From NCBI RefSeq assembly GCF_009914755.1, contig NC_060930.1: a DNA stretch of 64,000 nucleotides; one strand, 5' to 3'. Source of the stretch: the human T2T-CHM13v2.0 reference genome, Homo sapiens. A model generated the notes under the pieces. That model ran no database searches. It was not told where the DNA came from and saw nothing but the letters and a program-made list of their open reading frames with translations. The first letter of the stretch is position 1. Every line of letters starts with the position of its first letter. Shown piece by piece: positions 50,565-64,000 of this stretch. The translations under genes and the position numbers were made by a program.

Positions 50565-50959
50565 ATCTTAGACATCTTGGTAGTGTTCCCCATTGGAGGA
50601 ATCAAACCAGAGACAAGAGGGCCGGGCAGCCTGGGTGATGAGGTCCACTCAGGTCAACCTCTGGGAACACAGAACAAGATGAAGGAGGAGGGTATGTCTG
50701 GAGACACAGACAGAAGACTCCTGGAACACTAGCATAGTGATGAGCTATGAGAAGTTTCATACATAGCTAGTGGGAACGTAAAACATACAACTGTTTGAGG
50801 GAAGCAATGTGGTGGTTTCTAGTGAACTGTAAGGTCTACATGCCTAAATACCTAGGTATATACCATGAAGAATATAAAACCTCTGTCCTAGGAGACAGAT
50901 TCAAGAATTCTCAGAGCAGTATTGTTTGTACAGCAAAAACCTGGAGCTAATCCAAGTGT

Positions 50960-51380
50960 CTGATGCTCGTTTCCAGTTTGTCTTTACCCTTCTGTTCTCC
51001 TCAGTACCATGGGGGCAGATGCTCAATACTTGCAGGCTGCACTTCCCAGGTTCCTCATTCAGCTTGTCCTCAGCTGGGTTTGCTCAGGGAGAGGCCTGGT
51101 ATGGGTGGAGAGAAAGGGAGAGGCCAGGGTATTCTTTCTCTTACCACTTTGCTCAGGCAGTTCTCTCTGGGACTCAGGCCACCTTGCAAACCCAACCCTG
51201 TGTTTTCTAAGGCTGCCTCTCTTCCAAGCCCAGGGGCAGTAGTGGGTCCCCTGCAGCTATTAATTTATCAGTTTCCTTACCGTATCTATACTCTGTCATC
51301 ACCACCATCATCCTCAGGATAACGTAGATTTTGAATACCTGAAGTGCTTTGTTTTCCCAGTTTAGACTCAGACTGATAAG
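50960..51380 (+). mobile_element. old ERVL-class LTR (LTR33-like)
   Basis: 'ctgcacttcccaggttcc...ggagagaaagggagaggccagggtattc...ttgttttcccagtttagact'. Confidence 0.4.
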
Positions 51381-51476
51381 AGGATACACTGCATAAAGAA
51401 AATGCCTAAACGAAAAGGTGACCTATTTTATGAAACTAGCATAATTTTGATACCATAGAACAAAAGCAATCTATAT

Positions 51477-51870
51477 ATTAACCGAGCAGTCTGAGCTATG
51501 GCGTATAGGTAAAACTTCAGGCCCAGAGAATCATGAGTATGGGACTTCAGTCATACTCCCCTACCCCCAATACCTGGGGGCAATTGTGTAAATGCATCTT
51601 GTTCCCGAATAGCTGCCTCACTCATTATCTTCATGTTCCTGGAATTTATGGTATAGAGAAAAGTGTATAATCAATAGCTTACATTATTTTAATCTAAATT
51701 CTTGGTAAACAACTTAGGAACTTCTCTTTTCCTTTGAAAATCCACTTGTAACTGCTGCTGATTGGAGTGTACATTCAAGGCAACTTCAATCTATGTTCCT
51801 GTGTTGCAATCCTCAGTGTTGGCCCAAATAAACTCTATATATTTGCTTAGTTTTCTTTAGTCTCCTTGCA
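51477..51870 (+). mobile_element. MER4-group solo LTR (MER49-like)
   Basis: 'caggcccagagaatcatgagtatgggacttcagtca', 'ttggcccaaataaactcta'. Confidence 0.6.
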
Positions 51871-52084
51871 TCTGTAGGCCTAAAGATAAAGTCAAATACA
51901 GCAACTTATTAAGAGACAAAGTAGGATTTGTCTCAGAAATGCAAAGATGAATATGGGGAATGGGAATCAAAAATCTCTGCATAAATGTGTTAGAGAAAAG
52001 CCAGGTTCTCTCAGATCTCAAGCATTCGTAAATGTTTTCCTGTGTCAAGTTCTAGAAGCTTTTAACTTGAAAATTCACACATGA

Positions 52085-56415
<4,331 letters not shown>

Positions 56416-56519
56416 TTAGATCATGCTTGTTTTTGTTCAAGTCTTCAATATTCTTATCTATGTTTGCCCCTTAATGTACATGCAGCATGTATCTGACACC
56501 TGTGACATTTCAGATCCCT

Positions 56520-59500
56520 TTCTGAGTAGCAGGTTGCATTGTATTTGTGCTGGTGCCTCAACTCCTGCCCTGGATTTCCCTAATTCAGACTAGGGCATAG
56601 GATGCTCCAGATCGCTGCTCAGTGCCCATGTCTGTAAGTGGGATGTATAGGAAAGATAATTTTGCATGGAGTTAGTGTCTGATTTATGGAAGAGGGGAAC
56701 TGGCAGATCATTTCTTCCCTCTTCTTGAATAAAGTATCAGAGGCATGGATTACAGAGTTTCAGGGAAGGGTTTGGCAATATTGAGCCAGTTGCATCGTTA
56801 CTTCTTTCCCTGTTACAGGCATGTTTCAGTCTGACCAACTCCCCTCCCATCCCCCTTACTCACTGCCATTTCCAGTGGCAGATGCTTTGGATAGGTGTAT
56901 GCAGGTGTAGACTCATGCTGACTGTGTCTGGCCTCAAGTAAGCTATGTATGTCTGTGCTTTCTACCTCAGGGTCCTCTGAAGCCAGAGGTCAGATCAGCA
57001 CATACGCACTCACAGCCTGGAAGTGAGGAGTCTTAATACCTTCAGGGCATCTCTCTACCAGTGGGGAGTGGGAGTTGATGGATAAATGCACAAGTGTTCA
57101 TTCTTCACATGAAAAATCAAGACATCTCTTCCATTTCTCAAATATCCCAGAAGCAAAACCTTGTATTACTTCCTAGACTCTCACCATTCTGTATTGAGGT
57201 ACAGGTATAAAGGGAAGCACAGGATAACACAGTGGCTCTAGCATCTGAATGATATGGGGCAATGAAAAGCATAGAAGAGCTTGACTTCTTAAACTGACTT
57301 AGAAAACTTGAAGAAAGAACAGCAGGCTCAAGTTAGCCAACTACCAACTTAGGACCTGCAGTGAAAGCCAGAAATTCTCAGCGACTTTAAGGAGTTTCAT
57401 TGCCCATGGCTAAGTGACAGATCAGACTGAAACATCAGGCTGAAGACTTGACTGTAAAGATGGCAGAAAAACAAAAGACATTGTATCTAGCATGAGAGAC
57501 TTGTCAAGGCTGCATATTCAGACTGCGTATTTGACATTAGGAGATACTGTCATCTCAACAGAGAGAAGGTAAGACCCTAAGACTCAGGATAGGTACAGTT
57601 TGGTGAACACTTGAGTGCCTCGAATTCCCAGATTCTTCCCAGAAACTTTCTGGGTTTGGAGAAGTAGTTATTCTTCCCCATGTTTAAAAAGAAAAACCCA
57701 AATAAGAGACAGCTTCCTATTGCCTAAAGACCATGACAACATTACATCTCAGGCAGACGTGTCAAAAGATGTTATATTCCTTCCTCAAAAAACGAAAAAC
57801 CAACCCTGTCTTTTCCACTTATCTCCATAATATAACTGACATCAGATACTCCCAAGTCAGAAATTATCTTTCCTGGGAGAAAAGCTTCTGCACTGAAAGG
57901 GTTGTAATGCTTGGTAAACACATACTGTGTCACCTGTGAGAACATGCATGGCCGTGTATCTTGAAGGTGGTTAGATCATGAGGTTAAGAGTTTGGCACCT
58001 CCCCAGGATTCAGGATCTAATTTCCTGGCTAGGACACCTGGAGATGAGCTTAGACACTGCTGGAAAATCTTTGAAGCTTGGAAATCATGACAACCTTTAA
58101 TAAGTGAGAGATGCTTGAGCTGATCAAATGGAGTATTGAGGAAGGGGTCAGAAGGTACAGGGAGGATGTTACAGTAGATTTTTTTCCTAATACCAGAGGA
58201 TGTGACACTTAAGGGAATATCTTCTGGGACCTTCTAGGGGACAAAAGTAATGAATAATGCATTCATGAGGGCAGCAACATTGAGGAACTGTCCTTTACGG
58301 GCCAGATTTAACACTAGGAGTTACTCATGAGATTAGGTTCCCATAGCTGATCAGGAAAGAATGTATATGCAGGGTCAGCTGGTATAGCACTTCATCTTAT
58401 ATCTTAATAGTTACTATAAGAGGCATCAAGGGTCTGTATGGCCACCAGCGTGCCTTGACCTTCAGAGACCTGTGGCATTGACTAACATATTCTGTTCTAG
58501 GGTTGTGGTGGGCAGTTAGGATTTCTTAACTTGTACAACTAGAAGAGATACAAAGACTGACCAAAAAGCCTGATGTAATTGCAATGAACACAATCTCTGA
58601 AGTTTCCAGATCTGAGCCAGTTGTCTTATTGAGGGGGAATGGATTTCCTTGAGAAAGAGCCTGTAATACCAGGAGTATTTCCCCAATCCTTTGGCAGAAA
58701 ATTACTTTAGAGTAATTATACTAGGTTAGGAACTCTCAGATTTGAAGTCTACTGGATATATAGATCCTAAAGCAATATCTCTATCAGAAAGCCCACCATA
58801 CTATTGTGAACTTAATGCCAGAATCAGGTTCCTGAGACAAAGTGATAAGTGAAGTCCTGGTCGAAGTTCATGCCACAGTGAATCCAATGGTTCAGTAAAT
58901 CCATCCTGTCATTTCCCTCTAGTTCTGGAAGTAAGAAGTTTGATATACTTAAGCAATTTGTTAGGTCACATTGGTTCATTGGCTTGGGTAGAATAGGATG
59001 ATGCAGTTTCAGGTGGTTCTAACTTGGCACTCTCTACCTTAATGTCATTTATTTCTATCTCCAACTGTATATCAAAGGCAATACAGCTGCCTTGGAAGGA
59101 TTGCAGAAATTAGTACCAAATACTTAAAAGATCCAGGGGTGGTGGTGGTTGTAGCTGACACTTCACGGTCTAATCCCTAAGATAGATGGGACTGACAATG
59201 GACCATCTCCAACTTCACTCAGTAGCCCTAATCACAGCTGCTGTGCCAGATGCTTATTATTGGAACATATTGACATAGCTACGTAGTAGTCTTAGAGCAA
59301 TTAGGAAAACATTTGAGTACTATCACAGTAAGGACGACTGAAACTTTCATTTTGCTACAAGGCAACTGTCTTTCTTTTTCCTCTGTTCTAGTCTGGGAGG
59401 ACACAAATCATCTTGACATTCTGAACACCACTGTGGTCTACTATCTCAGTGACATCATGCTAATTGGACCCACTGAATAAGAGTGGATAGTTTTCTGAAA

Positions 59501-60480
59501 GTCTAAGTTAAAAAACCTGCATGAATTACCTTCATTGTGGTAATTTACCTTCATTGTGGTAATCTCCCAAATGGGAGGTCTGGTCTGGGGCATATGAAAA
59601 CATCCCCTTCTAAGGCATAATTGACTACCTACCACTAAAAGAGCATGTTGATTTGGGAGACAGCATACACTATATTCTTGGCTTTTTTATTCCATTTTTG
59701 TGAGTGTAAAATTGCATGTGCCAGCCTCAGGAAATTTTTTTCCCGACTGAGTTTTGCTCTGCTGCCCAGGCTGGAGTGCAGTGGCATGATGTCAGCTCAC
59801 TGCAACCTCCCCCTACCACCCTATCCTGGGTTCAAGCGATTCTCGTGCCTCACCCTCCTGAGTAACTGGGATTGCAGGTGCCTGCCACCATGCCTGGCTA
59901 ATTTTTGTATTTTTAGTAGAGACAGGGTTTCACCATATGTTGACCAGGCTGGTCTTGAACTCCTGACCTCAAGTGATCCACCCGTCTTGGCCTCCCGAAG
60001 TGCTGGGATTACAGGCGTGAGCTAACATACCCAGCAGGAATGCTGCTTTAGTGGATTTCTTGGGTCCTTGAAAATCAGTTTCAAGTGAGGCCCAAAGAAA
60101 TAGAGTACTCTACTAAGGTCCATGATGTATTACATCAGGCCATGTTAACAAGTCAGAGGTATCAAGGGCAGATAAGCATCCTTTTTTTAGTCTTTGGTAG
60201 GCCCCAATAATAGACTTGCAGCACAGATCTCTAAGGTTCTGAGCAAGATTATACCATCTGCAACAGAAAAGCAGTCCCTGGGGTGCTACTGGGTCCTTAT
60301 AGAATCTGAGTACTGATGATAGGATGTTAAAAGACTGGAGCTACCAGGCAAGGGCTTGGTCACATCCATTGAACCATGAAGCTGGGTGACTGCAGCAGCT
60401 TTCTGTCTTATAATGGGAACGGACCACTTGACAGTACCCAAGCAAGTCTGGAGGGCATGTTATTCCTTTTAATCTCCAAG
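56520..60480 (+). mobile_element. LTR16-like LTR(s) (~56520-57200) followed by ERVL-class internal remnant
   Basis: LTR16 motif 'cagcctggaagtg...gggagttgatggataaatg'; ERVL-type RT remnant 'ctgtggtctactatctcagtgacatcatgctaattggacc' (cf. HYIDDIMLIG) at ~59430-59470. Confidence 0.6.
59733..60035 (-). mobile_element. AluS/J element
   Basis: Dimeric Alu on the minus strand: 'gcccaggctggagtgcagtggc...gtgctgggattacaggcgtgagc'. Confidence 0.9.
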
Positions 60481-61029
60481 GTGGGGAGTGGTTGGGGAGA
60501 GAGTAGTTTAAGTCTGTTCTTCACACATTGTGGAGCTCAACTAGATTTAATAGCTATCAGGGATTTCGAGTTGTTTATCTCTGGGTCTACTTGTCACTGA
60601 AGACCAAGTTTCTAGGGCATTGTTATCTTCCTATAGCAGACCTAAGAGGTCTTACCCTTGAGAAGTCAAGCCTATCCTCCAACGGCAAGTCCCTCCTATA
60701 GCCAACCTTCCTGTTCTGAAAGCCTCAAACTCCTTAGAGGCAGGATACATTGCCACCATTCCAACTTTAGAAGGGGATATGGAGTTTGGTGGCTTGGGCT
60801 GCAGTTTTCTCCTGTAAAGCAGCACATCAAGGCTATCAATGTAATACTTAGAGACATCAACCTTTCATTAGATTCCATTCTTTGCAGAGCATTAACAGGC
60901 TAGAAAGGGGTCCTGAAGAAGAAGGATTAGAAGAAAAGTACATATAAGTGCCTAATTATGGCAAGAAGTCAATTCAAGTAGTCCTATCCCTAAATGGCTC
61001 TTCTAGTCACTGAAAGCAGTCAAGAAAGT

Positions 61030-61564
61030 TAGTGGTATTTCCATTTGACCCAGAAATCCCATTACTGGGTATGTACCCAAAGGATTATACATCATCCTAC
61101 TATAAAGGCATATGTACATGTATGTTTACTGCAGCACTATTCATAATATCAAAGACTTGGAACCAACCCAAATGTCCATCAATGATAGACTGGATTAAGA
61201 AAATGTGGCACATATACACCATGGAATATTGTGCAGCCATAAAAAAGAATGAGTTTGTGTCCTTTGCAGGGACATGGATAAAGCAGGAAACCATTCTCAG
61301 CAAACTAACACAGGAACTGAAAACCACTGTATGTTCTCACTCATAAGTGGGAGTTGAACAATGAGAACATGTGGGCATAGGGAGGGGAACATCACACACC
61401 AGGGCCTGTCAGGGGATTGGGGGCAAGGGGAGGGATAGCATTAGGAGAAATATCTAATGTAGACGACGGGTTGATGGGTGCAGCAAACCACCATGGCTCA
61501 TGTATACCCATGTAACAAACCTGTATATTCTGTACATGTATCCCAGAACTTAAAGTATAATAAA
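61030..61564 (+). mobile_element. 5'-truncated L1PA (L1PA7-like) 3' end
   Basis: ORF2 C-terminus '[10 protein letters not shown]...[17 protein letters not shown]'; 3'UTR; TSD 'aagaaagt' at 61022-61029 and 61565-61572. Confidence 0.9.
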
Positions 61565-62617
61565 AAGAAAGTCGTATTTATAGCCATCTTTAAAGATGAT
61601 AACACCAGACCCTAGATTCCCCACAGTATAAAATGTGGACCTTCAATACAGGACAGCCTGATGAAAGGCAAGTGTGACAGGCTGTATTTACCACCAACTG
61701 GGACTTCCACCTGGGACTCAGTTGAACAAATGCATTTACTCTGGAAGTCCAAGCATGTTAACTTCTTGTAAGACCTTGGCCATCTTGTTAGTGAAAGCTG
61801 AAATGAAAGCTCATTTTGATGCAGCTTCCATGTTAGGCTTTTCTTTACCTGTAGGGCCAAGTGGAATATTCTAGACTCCGAATGCCTCAATCATTAGTCC
61901 CTTTGTCTCAGGTTTTGGTGGTGCTATATCTACCACGTGGAGAACCAATTTGCCAAGCGTGAAACCTGCTTTTGCAAGGCCCTTTCATGAGGAAGGCAAT
62001 CCAAGGCATCACATCTTAAGTTCATCATCTGATTGTTTTAGAACAAGCATGGCTTTCCAGAGAGTTTCATAGCAGCATCAGAACATGTATGTCAGGTTCA
62101 TCCAGGAACTTTTAACATATAAGTATTTTGTATTTAGGTAACAGGATAGCCAGACTGGCAGTGAAAGTTGTGATTTAGTAATGTGGCATGACTAGATTAT
62201 ACTTAAACCCTGTTTTTATTTTCTTCATTTTAAAGTAAGTACTTGCATTAAAGATATGGAAAGTTATGTTATATACTATCCACATTTTATAAATCAGCAT
62301 TTGTGTTCTATTCTAATTGTGTAAATTATAATAGGTATACACCTCTTCACATTATGCTTTCCAACCAAGCTTATGGTTACTTAAGTTAATGTTCTACCTA
62401 CAGTCTATACTGTGATTTATTCAATAGAAACAAATATTTAGTATCTTGTTTTTCCAAGCTATATGTACAACTTAATAGCTTATATTTGGTCTTTTTAAAC
62501 AAGCAATAGAGGTCAAGTTACTGAATCAACTGAGAACAAGCCTGCTAGTTGTTGATACTGCCTCTCAAACATCCTATCCACGTAGTCAACACACATTGCA
62601 TGTGGTGAGACCAATTA

Positions 62618-63314
62618 TGAAACTACCTTTGCAAAAGTTATAACAGAAAAATTATGACAATGCAATATCTGACCTGACTCCATCCTGCTAACCTCCAAGC
62701 TGTCATTGTTCATTCCTGGGTATAGGCTGAATTTGGGAAGAATTTATAGTTGAAATAAAGATGCTAACAACCCTTGCCCAACACAGACCCTTCCTGCCTG
62801 GGCACTTGACTACTCTTGCAGGACTAACAAATTAGCCACAAAATTAGAAACTGTGGTTTAGGAGTCATACAGCTAGAGGCTGCAAGATTCTGAATCTCCC
62901 CAAATTGCTCCCAGGGATAACATCACTATTGTAAAACCTAAGATTAGTGCTTAAGATATTCTGCAGACCCTGTACTCGATGGATCAGCTGGCACCACCCA
63001 AATGGATAAACTTGCTCATCTGGTCTTGTGCCTCTCATCTTACCCAGGAACTGATTCAGTGGCAAGAGGACAACTTCAACTCTGATTTCATCTCCAACCC
63101 AATCTTATCAGCACTCCCTATTTCCCAAGTCCCTACACACCAAGTTATCCTTAAAAATCCTAATCCCAAAATTCTCAGGGTGATTGATTTGAGTAGTGAC
63201 TGTCTCTCATAGAGAAGCTGGCCTCGTGTTAATTAAGTTCTTTATTGCAATACCATTTTCCTGGTGAGTCAGTTGCTTGTGCAGTGGGCAGGAAGAACCT
63301 GTTGGGTGATCACA
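62618..63314 (+). mobile_element. LTR8-family solo LTR
   Basis: 'tgaaactacctttgcaaaagttataac...gggtgatcaca'; TSD 'atta' at 62614-62617 and 63315-63318. Confidence 0.85.
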
Positions 63315-63454
63315 ATTACAGTATACCCTAACGTGAAATATAAGCACTCTAGTAGGATAACCATATTTCACTTTAGTTTTCACCTCTGTTCTCATGCAGC
63401 TGAGGATTTGTTGGTTGTAGTTTGAGGTAGTGGTCCCAGGCCTATAGTTCTCTC

Positions 63455-64000
63455 TTTTTTTTTTTTTACTGAGTTTAATCTACATATGATCAAGTTTACT
63501 TTTTGAAACTAATTCGGTACTTTTTAGTATATTCACAAGGTTGTATGACCACACCCCCTGTCTAACTTTAGGACATTTTGATCTATCTTCAAGTTGATTG
63601 AATATAGTAACACCATACCCTAGATTCCCCACAGTATAAATCAAGCTCACTGATTCTTCTGTATCAAGTCTCTTGCACCTCTCTAGTGGAGTTTAATTTT
63701 TTATTTCCCCAGGTTATTGAGGAACAGGTGGTGCTTTGTTACATAAGTTCTTTAGTGGTGATTTGTGAGATTTTGGTGTACCCATCACCTGAGCTGTGTA
63801 CACTGCACCCAATTTGTAGTCTTATCCTTCACCTGTTCCCACCCTTTCCCTGAGTCCCCAAAGTCCATTGTGTCATTCTCCTAGTGGAGTTTGAGAATTT
63901 CTATTTGGCTCTTTTAAAAAGTTTGTCTATTGATAGGCTGTTTGGCAAGACATTTCTCATACTTTAGACACAGCCTTTATTTGAAGATTTTTAATGGTGG
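63455..64000 (-). mobile_element. old L1M fragments
   Basis: L1M 3'UTR reverse 'tttttagtatattcacaaggttgt'; ORF1-region reverse 'tcaagctcactgattcttc', 'agaatttctatttggctcttt'. Confidence 0.6.
63695..63880 (-). mobile_element. short L1PB 3' end
   Basis: 'aagttctttagtggtgatttgtgagattttggtgtacccatcacc'; TSD 'ctagtggagttt' at 63683-63694 and 63881-63892. Confidence 0.88.

Overview
Primate (probably human) intergenic DNA made almost entirely of transposable elements. I find no intact cellular gene, RNA gene, CRISPR array or prokaryote-type system. Main contents: (1) a decayed MER66-type class I ERV provirus (~9605-24124) with both LTRs, an Arg-like PBS and gag/pro/pol/env remnants, carrying a nested MER50 solo LTR and a rearranged L1 that itself carries a THE1D LTR; (2) a second decayed MER4-group provirus (~43700-49460); (3) LTR16/ERVL remnants; (4) a fragmented hAT/Charlie transposase; (5) many L1s, including a twin-primed inverted L1PA; (6) a near-consensus AluYc1-like Alu with a perfect 17-bp TSD. 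The most interesting signals are small structural events: a gag segment copied into pol, a 33-bp locally templated insertion, a polyadenylated orphan insert in a MaLR internal region, a ~35-bp micro-L1, and an unassigned coding-like stretch near 61-62 kb. Subfamily names come from recalled consensus sequences, not a database search, and boundaries without TSDs are approximate. I cannot support a claim of a novel biological system here.
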